NCBI GenBank assembly: GCA_977017575.1
Contig: CDRNVI010000092.1
Span: 37,643-101,642 of the forward strand
Direction: 5' to 3'
Length of the DNA stretch: 64,000 bases
Source of the DNA: Paramoeba atlantica
Taxonomy: Eukaryota > Protista > Discosea
Shown here in pieces: positions 39,345 to 52,800 of this stretch (position 1 is the stretch's first letter; each line of letters starts with the position of its first letter). Position numbers and translations under genes: made by a program. The notes below the pieces were generated by a model that was given only the letters and a program-made list of their open reading frames with translations, was not told where the DNA came from and ran no database searches.

Positions 39345-39545
39345 TCCCACGAAAGTCACCTGGCCATACAAGACGATCTCTGCTAATTTTAGAAAAATCT
39401 CCCCAAGAGCAACCGGGCGCACGTCCCTTCCATTTGCTTTCGGTATGGCGACTAACCTTGCCCTCTTCAACCTGTCCATCACGTCTTTCGAGATCGCTCC
39501 ATTTACAACATCCAGTAACATGTGACACAGAGCTGTGCAACAGAT
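39345..39545 (-). pseudogene. Short CRE2 RT fragment
   Basis: RLKRARLVAIPKANGRDVRPVALGEIFLKLAE. Confidence 0.8.
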
Positions 39546-39569
39546 TTGATTTTTTTATTCACATGTTAC

Positions 39570-39860
39570 TCAAAAAAGCAAAACAGTAATAGCCGAATGC
39601 TGAAAGCAGCGAAAAAGTGACGACTCAAAGCAGCGAAACGGTGATAACCCAAAGCAGCGAAACAGTAACAACCAAGCGCTGAAAGCTGCGGAACAATAAT
39701 CACCAAGCAGCAAAACAAAAATAACCAAAGGCTGAAACCTAACCAAGCAGCGAAACAGTAATCACCAAAGGCTGAAAGCAACGAAACATTATTAATCACC
39801 AAAGGCTGAAAGCAACGAAACATTATTAACGAAATGTTAAAAGCAGCGAAAATGTAATAT
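39570..39860. repeat. Degenerate tandem repeat downstream of a CRE3 stop codon
   Basis: Recurrent AAGCAGCGAAA, AAGGCTGAAAG and AATCACC units. Confidence 0.8.
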
Positions 39861-39872
39861 TCAGAGGAGTGT

Positions 39873-42800
39873 TTAAAGACGGAGTCCTCCTACCCATTTC
39901 TCGGTTTCTATATATTGGCGCAATTGAGAGACGACTGCATAGGCTGAATATTTTTCCAGTTCAAGTTGAAAAGCTTCTCGTACAATCTTGTAATCAACAT
40001 CATTTCTTTTCGCCAATGTTTTCAGCAAAACCTTTGTCTCTTCATGTAGTACTCCACAATCTGTCACAGCTATGCAGCGAAAGCATTCTGGATCAAGACC
40101 TTTTTCTTTGACATATTTTGCTATCTTCCGCTCTTCCGCACTCTGCAGCAGGGCATTGCTGCTCTGCTTTGCATAGCTGCTGCAGCACGTATGTACCACG
40201 GTAACGTCGTATAAAATTTCTCCAACATCTGGCCACATAATCGCTAGGTCTGGGCCAGATCTAATTCGACGCGCTCGGCAAGGATGGTATTCCGCCGCTT
40301 CTGGGGAAATTGAGCACTTGCATTTGGTGCAAAAAAAGGACGCATGAATACGAGGTTCGATCGCACATGGAAGACCAGCTTTGGAACACATTTCGGCAAT
40401 ATAGCGTACCAAATGAGAATGTTTTCTCGTGCAATTCATGCCAGCACATCGTGAACATCCCGCTACGTGAGGAATGATTTTGCTTGATGTTTCGATTGTT
40501 CCACATCCAGGGCATGTAATCTCGCCTGACACATTACTTAGAGCAATTCCTAGGCGCATCATTAGAGTGTAACGAAAAAGATATGGATTTACGTAGTTGC
40601 ACGTTGAATCTAAGTGATTGTTCGCCTCCTTCGTTCGCTTTATGATATTTTGGAATCTCGGTATTGCATTCAATTCTGCTGCTGTCTTCTCGTGTTCATT
40701 CTTCATGCTCTTTCTTAGCTGGGTGCGTGCAGCTTGTGAATTCGTTCGTGTGCTGTCGGCTTGTTTCTTGCCTCCCTTATCTACCGGAGCATTAATGGGT
40801 TTCGATCGCTCATCAATAGATTTTAGGGACGCTTCGAAAAAGTAGCGTTGCTTTAGAACGGTTGAGGTGATTCCTAGACCTCCCATTTTACATGGGAGGG
40901 CAGAGAGTTTAAGTGCTTCACTATCTGCACCACACCATTTCTTTAAGATCTCATGGATTTCCTCGTCGAACACCTGGGCAAGAAGAAACGAAGCTCCAGG
41001 TTTGTGGACTCGAAGGTGGTAATCATGACGGGGTATGGTACATCGCTTGAGAATCGCTAGTGACAAGTTGCTGGGACCCATAGCGCGAAGTCTTCGAAAT
41101 AAACATTTATGTTTCCCTAACTTCTCCAAGAGCTTTCGTTCAACGGCTTTATTATGCCCGATGTATGCTCCTAGGACCTTGATGGAATCCACACAGTCTT
41201 CCACCCCAAGTTCCTTGAGATCCATCCCTCGATTATTCGTTGAACTGTTGCCTTGGAATACTTCGCATTTACGGGAATTAATTTCAAGATTCAGACCACT
41301 TGCTAGTTCTTTGAGGTGAAGGAACGCAACTTCCAAAGACGACTCATTTTTGGAGCTCATCGTCACATCGTCCTGGTAGGCTCTGATAGTAACCTCTGGA
41401 TAGAGCTTCGCAATTTCTTTCAAAGGACCTTGTAGCAGTGCGCAAAAATAAACCGAAGAGAGTGCTGATCCTTGACGGACCCCAGACGAGCTTTCGATCA
41501 CGGAATGTAATGAGTCGTTGGCGAAAAATAAAAGTTCCGATGGTTGACCATATTCAAAATAGAACATTCGCATAAAGTGTTTGAATACCGGGTATTGAAG
41601 GAGCGCTTCTTCTATTGCCGTACGTTGTGGCGTATTGTATGCATTCTTGAAGTCAATCGTCAAAATTGTGGCTCCAGCTTCATGCTCTTCCAAAAGTTCA
41701 TGTACAATGGACTCACATGCATTCTTTTGTAATATGCCTCTTTGGATCGGTTGGAATATGTCTGACAAGGAGTTCGCATGGCGCTCAAGGAGGATACAAC
41801 CGCAAATTTTTAGCAGCGTTTCCCCCATTGCAACCGGTCGTATTCCATTGTTCGGTTTTGCAAGGGCTATCATTCTGCATCGTGTTTATCTTACTCGGAC
41901 ACTTTTCGCAACTTCCCCATTTATGACGTCTCTCAGCATGTGGCAGAGTGAAAGGCAGGATTCTTCGTCCTCCACTAAAATTCGCATCATGCTTTCACTC
42001 AGACCTGTCGGGCCAGGAGCTGCACCTTTTGACAATTTTTCAGTCGCTAGACGAAGTTCAGAAGGTTCCAATATCGCAATTCGCGGGAAGTCTCGATCAG
42101 AAGTTTGAGGTGTAGGGCCTTTGGGGTGTAGATCTCGAAGTTTGTCAACCTTTTCCCAGAGTGGAAGAGCAGAGTCCTTGTAAACATTGTCGAGTATGCG
42201 GGTAGCTTTTCCAAGATTTCCTGCCTTTGCTGCTTGCAATGCATTTCGAATTGATCGTTTGTCTACTTCTTGTACAAGTCGTTCTTCCTCGGTAATGTTC
42301 GTATCGATAGTTTCCCACTCACGTCTCCCTCGACGCTGTACGGAGCTCTGGCGCCGTAGGTAGTTTAGACGGATTGTGGCCAAAGAGTCCCGTGGTGTAT
42401 CGAGGAGTTTGTGCCAGATAACAGTTCTTTCTGCTTCTGTCTGAGCCTTCGGGTACGCTTTAATAATGGAACGAAAAATCGCGATTACATGGGCGGCAAA
42501 CGTTGGATCAATTTGTGCCATCTTTGGCAGCGGTTCCAAATCAGATGTTCCCTCAATGCCTCGCTCCTCCTTGTTCTCTGAATTTCCAGTGTTTTCCATT
42601 GACACATCGACGCTTTTTACTGTATTTAGACACAGTGCCTTAATGGACCAAATTTTCACTTTTGCAGATGGAGGAAGGTAGATAAAACCAGAGGGTCCAT
42701 TGTCTCCGTCGCTTGGCTTGTATTCCACCTTCAGCTTTACAATACCTTTTCGGACAGTCCTCTTCACCACTACTCCTTTTGAGGCATATTTCTGCTCTTT

Positions 42801-43232
42801 TTTGAATCCCCATCTCAGTTCGCACGTCGTTCCTTTGCCCCATTCATGGATAATGGTGTTGATGTGATCTGGAGCCTTCGGAAATTCTTCGTTTTTGCGT
42901 TGCCCCACTTCCCCATCCATCGACGTCACTTCCTCATCCACCGACATCACATCAGATTCTTCGCCTGTGGTATCATCGGAGGCGCCTTCGCAATCTTCAG
43001 GATGTTTGGATGAATCTCTCTCCTCATCGGAATCATTCTCGGACTCTTGTGAGGTCGGCCTTGCATCAGAAAATTTTATCCTTGGCCGTCGGTAGTTGCT
43101 ATGTACCTCGTGGTCGGCCCAGTTCGGCGATAATTCCTTTGCACTCATAATAACTCTCACACGGGGGGTTTTCTTTGTCTTATCGAGCGTTGATCCCCTC
43201 TTCATAATTTGTTCGGCGTTTTGCGTGTTCAT
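39873..43232 (-). pseudogene. Full-length CRE3 ORF broken by one frameshift/stop near 41880; 15-nt SL remnant at 43256-43270
   Basis: ORFs 41886-43232 and 39873-41873 are collinear: GVRQGSALSS, YQDD, CPGC...HVAGC..C...KH, RSGPD. Confidence 0.88.
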
Positions 43233-43381
43233 ACGAGTAAAAATAAAAATAAAAACAACAAGGTACAGAACATACCCCTGGCCATACACAACGAGAGCCG
43301 GGTCGGCGTTTGCCGCGGGAAAACGTTGTATAGCGGCCAGATTTCGCAGGCGAGGAAGTCTTTGGTGTGGCGAGTGATCCA

Positions 43382-45120
43382 CTACTCGTTCCCATAGCCT
43401 AGGAGCGCTGAATCAGGACCCACAGCAGGCCGGCGTAGGACGAGCATGCGGGCTTGGGATCTCATGAGGGTTACATTTAGGGATGTAAGCAACCGGTGTA
43501 GAGCATCCCCTTTCGGTAAAATATCCCCGGAATTGGCATTGCATGCCCTACCTGCAGCAACCACCCTAAGGATTGACATTGCGCTAGGGCTCCACGAGCC
43601 AAACGATTCTACCACCATGGCGGTAAACTTCATTCGCACCGCTTCAGCCTCTTCTCGTTGTTTAGCCTTGTTGGCGGTCGCGTATTGCTCCGCAAACGAC
43701 CCCGCCGTCACCCAGTTAGCGTCACGGACTGTGTCCGTATATTTTTGTTGCTGGACATGAGTGACAGCGAAGTCGAGTACGAGGGCCTGACCGCGACCGA
43801 AACTTCGGATGAATACGTCCCCAGGTCTGGTGAGTGCGCCACCCGGACCTATGTTCCCCAAACTCACTTCTCTTTGAGGGGCAAGCCCGGCCTTTGAACA
43901 TTCCGCAGAGAATTGGGATACCAAGGCACTGTGCCGAGCAGTGATCCCGTGCCCGCATTTGCATGCCAGTGCGTGTTCACCCCCTGGGCCTAAGGGCTGT
44001 TTGCACTTTTCCATGGGGCAGGGACGGAGGCCCGGGTAGATGGTTTCCCCCAGCCACCAACGGATTAACATGCGAAACTCCGTGGGGGCGTACGCAAAGC
44101 CGTTCTTTTTGGACGGCAACACGAAAGCCCACTCCGACGCCCCTTCTCCCGTTTCCGAGCTCCACCGAGCCCTCGTGCTTGGATCAGCGTGGGCGAGTGC
44201 GTGTTCGAACGCGTGGGATGAAATAGCATGGCTCAGGTCCCTTTGTCGAGGTATGACCAATTTATTGTCTATTTCTTGGATCGGATTGGTTTGAAAGGGT
44301 TGGTGCTCTGAAACGGCCGAGCTTTGTAGAATTTTGCCCGTTTCATTGTCAACGATATTCTTCCCTGCGCGTTTGTTCACGTCGATCACTGCCTCATCGA
44401 AATCTTTTGCGTCCGTTGGATCCCAAAAGTCTTTCTCCGCTGCGAAGGCGACTGAGGCCACATAAGCGGAGGCAGAATGCTCCTCAGCTGAACGGAGTCC
44501 CAAGCCACCAAACCGTTTGCATCTCTGTGCTTGGCGCCTTGCTGCGTCGCTGAATGGCCCGAAAAAGTGTGAGGTAGCGTCTTGCACTGCGTCGTCGAGA
44601 CGTCGGCAGAGATCCTGGAGCTCCGACGTTGGGGTAGTACGGAGTGAGTAGACCATCTGACAGAAGCCCGTGCAATGCCGAATAAGTGAAAGGGCTACCT
44701 GGGGGTTCTCGAGGTTGGTAATGGCTTCCAGCGAGTCCTCTGCGTGTTCAATGGCGTTGTCAAGGAGAAATTGACGGCGGAACTCGGTTGTCCCTACAGG
44801 GCTACCTAACATATGGAAATTACCCTCAGTGTTTTTATTCGATCCAGGTAGGTCGGGGAAGACAGAAGAACGATGAGACGATGCGGGGTGCGCAGCGAGT
44901 TCACATTTCGCAGCATTCAGATGTAAACCCCATCGCGGGCCGTTTAGTTCTAGCACATCAAATGCGTGTCGTACATCTCATGATGCGCCCGCCAGTATTC
45001 CGTCATCTAGATACCATAGATTCAGGTCTAGTTTCGGTGTTGCCGCGTGGATTTCCGAAGCAAGCTCCCTCATAACCAGTGAGAAGAGGAGGGGGCCAAG
45101 GGGGTCGCCTTGTTGTACCA
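43382..45120 (-). pseudogene. CRE1 fragment from the RT QQGDP motif to the C-terminus, with an in-frame TGA near 44990
   Basis: VQQGDPLGPLLFSL...WYLDDGILAGAS*DVRHAFDVLELNGPRWG, then the 524-aa ORF. Confidence 0.85.
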
Positions 45121-45361
45121 CATTTTTACATGTATTACTCAAAGAGTTCCTGCAATACTAAATATTATAAATAAATGTTATAAATAAAATAATACGGGCA
45201 TTTTCTAAAATTTTCATCATGGGCTGAAGAAGGACTACATGTTTTCGTACGTCCCACTTGGGGATTAGCATCCCACACGGGCATTCTAAACACGGATAAT
45301 CGTTGTGAATAATAATAAGAACTTTTAAGAGCTTTTCTAATGTGCGAACTTGTTGGTCGAC

Positions 45362-48342
45362 TCACTGACGCAGTCCACCAATCCAATGTGCTTCTGGAAT
45401 ATACTCGCGGAGCTGCGATACAATAGTATACGCTGCTAGCTTTTCTATCTCGAGTTGGAAGGCCTCACGTACGTCTTCGTACTTTTGTTTGGCTCGTTGG
45501 GATAATGCCTTGAGGAGGGTTTTGGTGTCGTTGTGCAGAAGACCGCAGTCAGAGGCGGCCAGGCAACGAAAAGAGTCGCTTTCTACGCCTTTCTCCGTAA
45601 CGTACTTCTTGAATTTCTTGTCGAGCACGTGCTGCATCAGCGCTGTACTTGTTTGTTTGGCATAGCTGCTGCAACAAGTGTGAACAACGGTAAAATCATA
45701 CAGGACCTCCCCCATGTGGGGCCACATAATAGCAAGATCAGGACCGGATCGGATTCTGCGGGCTTTGCAAGGATGATGTTCAGCTACTTCCGCTGAGATG
45801 GAACACTTGCACTTAGTACAGAAAAACGAAGAATGGATGCGCGGTTCGATAATACAAGGGAGACCAGCTTTGGAGCACAAATCTGCGAGGTACCTCACTA
45901 TGTGTGAGTGCTTTCTGGTGCAATTCATGCCCGAGCACCGGGAGCATCCTGCGACGTGTGGTATAATGCTGGTAGGAGATTCATGGCCACAGCATCCAGG
46001 GCATATAACATCGGCCGGTGCGTTATGTAATCCGATGCCCAAACGCATCATCAAAGTGTATCGGAAGAGGTACGGGTTTACATAATTGCTGGTGCTTTCT
46101 AAATGCATGTTTGATTCCTTTGTACGCTTCAATAAAAGTCCCATGTGAGAATCCTTCTGCAGCTCAGTTATCTGTTTATCGTGTTCTGCACTTAGCTTCT
46201 TTTTCAATAGCTTGCGCGCTGCCTCTCCTCGACTTTGCGGTTGTTTCACAGCTTTTTCGCTGCCTTTCTGATCTACCGGAGCGTTATTGGGTTTAAGGTG
46301 CTCATCAATAGATTTGCTGGCAGTTTCGAAGAAATGTTTTTGCTTCAGAGTCGAGGAAATTAAGCCTAGGCCACCGAGTTTCTGTGGTAGAGCGGCGAGT
46401 TTCAGGGCGTTTGCGTCTGCTCCACTCCACTTTTCTAGAACTTTGTTTACTTGGTTCTCGAAGGATTGTGCTAGTTGGAAAGTAGCGCCTGGCCGATGTA
46501 CTCGTAGATGGTAATCGTGCCGTGGAATCGTACAACGGCGGAGAATGGCAAGAGACAAGTTACTGGGACCCATAAGCAACAACCTGCGGAATAGGCACTT
46601 GTGTTTCTCCATTTTCTTGATCAGCAGATTTTCCACGACTTGGTCTGTACCTACGTATGCGCCTAAGACTTTTATCGCGTCACTGCAAAAGTTTACTCCA
46701 AGTTTTTCCAACGGAGGAGGCTGAGCTATGTTGGGAATGTTCTTCTGAAACCAATCGCATTTCTGGAAATTAATTCGGAGGTTCATCTCTGCGGCGATCT
46801 CACGCAGGTAAAAGAAAGCTGCCTCCAATGCTTGCACGTTTTTGGAGCTCAAAGTCACATCGTCTTGGTATGCTCGGATCTTCACGTCAGGATAGAGGTG
46901 CATGAGTTCTCGTAGCGGGCCTTGCAAAAGTGCGCAGAAGTACATTGATGAAAGTGCCGATCCTTGGCGAATTCCTGAAGAGCTTTCGATGGTAGCAAAC
47001 AGAGCATTGTGCGCAAAAAATAGCAGCTCAGAGGGAATCCCATATTCTAGGTAGAATAGGCGCATGAAAGGCTTGAAAATGGGATTACCAAGGAGTGCCT
47101 CAGCAATGGCGTTGCGTTGTGGTGTATTATACGCGTTGCTAAAATCGACGGTGAGGAGAGCATGTCCTTCTTCGTATTCATTTAAAAGTTCGTGAACGAT
47201 GGACTCGCATGCGTTTTTTTGCAAAATGCCTCGTTGAATTGGGGAGAAAAAAATTTGCAGAGCGTTTTCATGTCGTTGTAGAAGGATGGAACCGCAAATC
47301 TTCAGAATGGTATCCCCCATCGCAATAGGTCGAATTCCATTTTGAGGTTTCGCTAGCGCGATGATTCTGCATCGGGTTAGACGTTTTCGCACATTCAGAG
47401 GAACTTCGCCGTTGATGACATCCCGAAGCATGTGGCAAAGTGAAAGACATGACTCTTCGTCGTCTACGAGCAGTCGCATCATGCTTTCACTCAGGCCGGT
47501 TGGTCCTGGTGAAGCGCCTCTGGATAATTTTTCGGTCGCTAGGCGAACCTCTGATTTCTCAACAACGCCAGTCCGTGGGAAGTCTGCTTCCGGGATTCGT
47601 ATGGCGTCGCCTTCAGGATGAAGTTGTTGAAGCTTTCGCACTTTTTCTTCAGGAGTGAGAGCTGATTCCTTGTAGACATTGTCCAGGATCCGAGTTGCTT
47701 TGCCAAGGTTTCCTGCCCGCGCCGTCTGTAGGGCGTGCCTGATCGAACGCCTGTCAATTTCTAACTCCGCCCGTTGTTCCGCACTCAAGTTGCTAGCTTC
47801 CAAGTTTTCTCGGTCGTTGCGAACATGAGCTACTTTTTGGTTTCGTCGAATTGCTTGACGTACTGTCGCAAGTGAATCGCGAGGCGCATTCAAAAATTTG
47901 TGCCATATCGCCTCTTTTTCTGAGTCAAGCTCCGCCGCTGCATATCCCCGAATTATCGCACGGAAAATCGCCACAACATGAACCGCGAAAGATGGGTCTA
48001 TTTGAGCCATAGGCGGGAGCGGATCAAGGTCACTCTGACCGTCTTCGCATGAGATGTGCTCCGCTTGTTCCTCCAAATTTTGTGTCGGCATCTCGATTTT
48101 GAATAACTTAGTGGCTTGGAGGTTACAGATTCTGATTTTATTGGACGGTGGAAGATAAAGAAAACCGCATGGACCATCGTGACCTAGAGCCGGCTCGTAT
48201 GAAATCTTGACTTTCACGGTTGATTTTCGCACGGTCCTGCCTACAACGATGCCGTTTGACTTGTAGTTTGTAGTGTTCTGTCGGAAGCCCCATTCGATCA
48301 CACATTCTGTACCCTTGCCCCACTTGGAAACGATGTTGTACA

Positions 48343-48343
<1 letters not shown>
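45362..48343 (-). pseudogene. 5'-truncated CRE3 ORF with an open RT-endonuclease frame
   Basis: GIRQGSALSS, YQDD, CPGC, RSGPD; begins at a poly(A) run. Confidence 0.88.
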
Positions 48344-48374
<31 letters not shown>

Positions 48375-48697
48375 GTCGACAACATAAATATTGAATCCGA
48401 TGATGCCGTGGAAGAATTTTCCTTTGAGACCGACACTAAAGAAGAAGAAGGCGAACCAAGTGAAGAAGAGATTGCTGTAATAGAGCGAATACGAATTATT
48501 ATTATTTTTTTTTTTTTTTTTTTTCACGACTTCTTTCTTTCCTTTCACTTCCTTTCCCTCCCTTTCTTTACCTCCCTTTGCTTTTCCTTTTCGTTCCTTT
48601 CCTTTACTTCCCTTCGCTTTCCTCACTCGACTTCCAAACTCATTGGGGAGGTTGAGGACTCCCTGCGCTTTTGCTAGGAGTCGGCCCAGGGAAAACC

Positions 48698-48881
48698 TTC
48701 CTTACGTGTTCTGGACCGGGTCTTTTGGCCTCTCCCAGCTTGCCTTGGTAACCCTGCTCTTGTTGTACGAGAGGGCGCAAGCAATGGGCCTCCGCCGGCA
48801 GCGGAACAGTCACAGAACCAGGTGGTGGCCGACGAGGAGGGGCAGGGCCCCCTCCCCGGGCACTACCTCACTTGGGGTACC
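48698..48881 (-). ncRNA. Structured 3'-UTR RNA, divergent variant C (5'-truncated)
   Basis: GGTACCCCAAGTGAGGTAG...CCCTCTCGTACAACAAGAGCAGGG...CGGTCCAGAAC; purine-rich tail at 48525-48640. Confidence 0.7.
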
Positions 48882-49112
48882 TTTTTTTTTTTTTTTTTTG
48901 ATGATTCTATCTATATAAATAAGTTTTTTTTTTTTTTTTCACGACTTCTTTCTTTCCTTTTACTTCCTTTACCTCCCTTTCTTTACCTCCCTTTGCTTTT
49001 CCTTTTCGTTCCTTTCCTTTACTTCCCTTCGCTTTCCTCACTCGACTTCCAAACTCATTGGGGAGGTTGAGGACTCCCTGCGCTTTTGCTAGGAGTCGGC
49101 CCAGGGAAAACC

Positions 49113-49240
49113 TTCCTTACGTGTTCTGGACCGGGTCTTTCGACCTCTCCCAGCTTGCTTTGGTAACCCTGCTCTTGTTGTACGAGAGGGCGCAAGCAAT
49201 GGGCCTCCGCCGGCAGCGGAACAGTCACAGAACCAGGTGG
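49113..49240 (-). ncRNA. Second, shorter copy of variant C
   Basis: 48941-49240 duplicates 48525-48827 with a few substitutions. Confidence 0.65.
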
Positions 49241-49496
49241 TTTTTTTTTTTTTTTTTTTTTTTTAGAAATAATTTTTGCAATTAATAGGGGGGGAGAAGT
49301 ATGAATCGCGGCATTGCCTCTATATTTTGACCCATTAGACGAACCAAGTAGGTCCATTGGGGGGGGTATATGATTTTAAAACAAGCAATCAAATTAGTAA
49401 TTTCATATTTTGGAGCTCAAAACTAGCAATTCGACCTCCCGTAAGTATAAGAACAATAAAAACAATAACAATAAAAACAAGCAATCTATGCCCAAT

Positions 49497-49712
49497 CCAT
49501 TCGCGCGTTCCGGACCGGGTCTTTCGACCTCTCCACGTCCTGACTTGTGAACCCTTCCCTTGTTATACAGGAGGGCGCAGGCGCGGGCCTGTGTCGACAG
49601 CGACACGGTCGCGAAACAGGATGCTAGCCGACGGGGAGGAGATTCACTGCCCGTGTACTACCTCACTTGGGGTACCTAGCCCTCGCGAGCTAGGCGTGAG
49701 TATAGACTCTGT
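49497..49712 (-). ncRNA. Structured 3'-UTR RNA, variant B (lacks the 5' P1 strand)
   Basis: Motif present from ACAGAGTCTATAC onward. Confidence 0.7.
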
Positions 49713-49876
49713 ATAGAAATAATTTTTTTTTTGATTTTTTTTTTTTGGCTCGTTCCTTCTCGTTTTTCCTTCCCCCCTTCTCTCGCTTCTTTGAGAGAAA
49801 ACTACAACCGCACATCTCTAACTATATATTAAAAAACGAGTGTAAGAAATCCATTCTAAAGAAATTAAAGCTAAAT

Positions 49877-52800
49877 CTAGAAGCCATAAGTATCCTCCTC
49901 TGTACGGGGCTCCAAGAACCGACGCAACTGGCAGTTTAACACTGCCCCATTCAATTCTTGCAAATGCAGCGCAAAGTCTCGTTGCACCGCCTGCGGATTC
50001 ATGGACGATTTCTCGGCCAAAATGTGTAGTAGCTCTCTTGTGTTGGCGTGAAGTGATCCGCTTGCAAGGATGGGTAAGCACCGAAAGTTGTCCTCTCTTA
50101 ATATTTTGGTCGCCACGTACTTGGTGCGTTTCCTCGTGATCGCGTCTTGGAGTGCTTTTGCTGGCTTGGTACCGAGAATGGAAGGAGCGAGCTCGTGTAC
50201 GACTGTAAGGTCATAAAAGATCTCCCCTGTGGCCCAATATACTACCAAATCGGGGCCCGATCGATGCAACGCGCTGCCTTTGCACGCTGTTGCATGCTCC
50301 CTCTTTCGCTCTTCGGAAATTACCTCCGAGCACCCGAGGCACGTGTACGATGAAAACTGACGGGGCTCCCGCTCGCATGGGATACCGGCCTTCATGCAAA
50401 GGTCGTAGATGTAACGAATCAGACAATTGTGCTTCGTAGTCGAATTCGTTCCGGTGCACCTGACGCATCCCGGCACGTGGGTGAGAGCGGTCTCGCCGTT
50501 GATTTCCGTTTTGCAGCCCGGGCAGAGAAAGGATGAAGGGAGCTCCGGGTGACAGATACCGAGCCTCGGCATCACTGCTAGGGTGTATTGTCGCGTCGGT
50601 ATAAATCGTTCGGTCGCGTGCAGCCACGAGTAGCTTCCTTTCCGAGTAGTTGCCTGCATTATCTGCGCAGTTTTCTTGTTTTCACACAGACGCGTTTTTA
50701 TCGCCTTGTGTACTGCTTTCTCCGCAGACTCTTCTTCCGGTACAGCGGCCACTGTTGAGGCATCGCACGTCGCGACTTGAGCTGAAAACTTTTTTTGCTG
50801 CTCTAAAGCTGCGTGTTGCGAAGCCTCATATGCGGCCACTCGGATAGAGTCCGTTGAAGACAGGCCCAAACCACCCATCGACAGCGGCAAACGAGCCCAC
50901 TCGACTTGATCGGATGTCAAAGGACCAAGCCATGCTTTCAGAACGTCTTCTACCTCTGAGTCAAATTCCTTCGCCATCTCTCCAGATGCCTCCGGCGCAT
51001 GCGTTCGAATCTGGTATCTTTGTCTCACATTGACGCATTTCGACAGGATGAGGCACGAGACATTATTTGCTCCCATTCTCCGCAATCTTCTAAAAATTGT
51101 TTTATGCTTACGAAGGTTCCTTAAAAGAAGGTTGCTGACCCGTTCATTTTCTCCGATGTATGCCCCTAGTGCTTTCAGGGCATCTGACTCAGAATTCACC
51201 CCGGCCATCTTTAGAGTCTCTGGAATTTCTCTACCTTCTCTCCCGCCAAACCACACACATTTTCTGTTAGCGAGTTGTACATCTCTCTCGCCCAAAAGGT
51301 CCCACAGTCTGTAGAACGCTTTCGTCAAAAGATCCGCGTCGTCGGACACCAGATTTATGTCATCGATATAGGCAAAAATTTTCAGCGTTGGGTATTCAAG
51401 AGCCAATGTTGCGAGCATTGGCTGCATGAAGGTGCAGAAAAGAAAGCTGGAAAGCGGCGACCCCTGCCGCACGCCTCGAGAACTACTAACCGTGCCGTGT
51501 AGCGTACCATCTTTCCCGTAGAACAACAGTTCAGATGGTTTAGAATATTGCGCATGGAAGAGACGTTGGAAAGGACGAAGCGTAGCATAAGAGTACAGAG
51601 AGTCGGCGATGTGATCGCGATACGGTGAATTGAATGCATTGCACAGATCAATCGACAGAATTTTTTCACCCTTCATGTAGCTCTCCTGAAGTTGATGCAC
51701 GATGGACTCGCATCCTGATTTTTGCGAAACCCCGTATTGCCAAGGAGCAAACAAAGTGCCAAGGGATCGTTCGTATTTCTGTAGCATAACCACTTCCGCT
51801 AGCTTCAGAAACATTTCCCCAACCGCGACAGGGCGGATACCTCCGTCGGCTTTCGGAATAGCAACCAGCCGCGCTCTTTTAAGTCTTGTCATCACCTCGT
51901 CCGCTACCTTCCCGTTGATCACATCCAAGAGCATGTGACATAGGGCAGAGCAACATACTTCGTCATCCAGAAGGATGCGAACGATTCCATCCGTGGTTCC
52001 AGAAGGGCCAGGAGCTGCTCCCTTAGCAAGACGTCGTCCAGCCTCTCGAAGTTCTTGTGTCGATAAAATCGCCAAAGCTGGAGCATCTGCTGGAAGGTGG
52101 AATGTGCGTTCGGAATATGGATGAAGCGTTTTCAATTTCGCGATCGTCTCCTCGTCAGACAGCTTGCGCTCGATTACCTCCTGGTCCAACACTTTTGTGG
52201 CCTTAGATGCACATCCCTCAACGACCAACCGAATCGCTTTTTTGATCGCTCGGGCGTCCGAGGCTTCCTCATCCTCCATCGCATTCTCTGCCTTTTGGAG
52301 CTCGCGTTTCGATTTCATTGGCCTTCTGCGACGTCTACGCGTGTAGGCCTCACGAACAGCAGCTAAAGAGAACTTCATCGCCGACATCAGTCTATGCCAG
52401 ATTTTGTTTCTCTGATCGTACCCACAGTCCGCATAGTCCCTGATCAATTCCCGGTAAACCGCTATGACGCACGGGACGAATTCCGATCCTATCGATTTGA
52501 CAGTGGGAATTGGCTCCAAATCCAAATCACATTCCGTATTGGTCACGCTTGGAATTAATGGATCACTTTGATTTGTAGTGGGTGAGTCGCCAGGATTTCC
52601 TTGGGCTTCCGGTCCGACTTGTCCATCCATCCACACTATTCTGTATATCCTAACATTCGGTTGCGGTGGTAAGGTCCCCACGAAAGCTTCTTGTACTTGA
52701 TGACCCTTAATCCCCTGATAGTCGATAGCTATTTTGCGAATGCCCGCTCTTGTTTTAACTGAATCCACCACTCCAATCGAGATATTCAACAAGGGCTGTC

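Noticed and set aside
45105-45120. Truncations near the GVQQG codons (antisense CCTTGTTG, like the SL end) as an endonuclease hotspot
   Set aside because: Only two cases (45120, 54983), with different breakpoints; compatible with chance.
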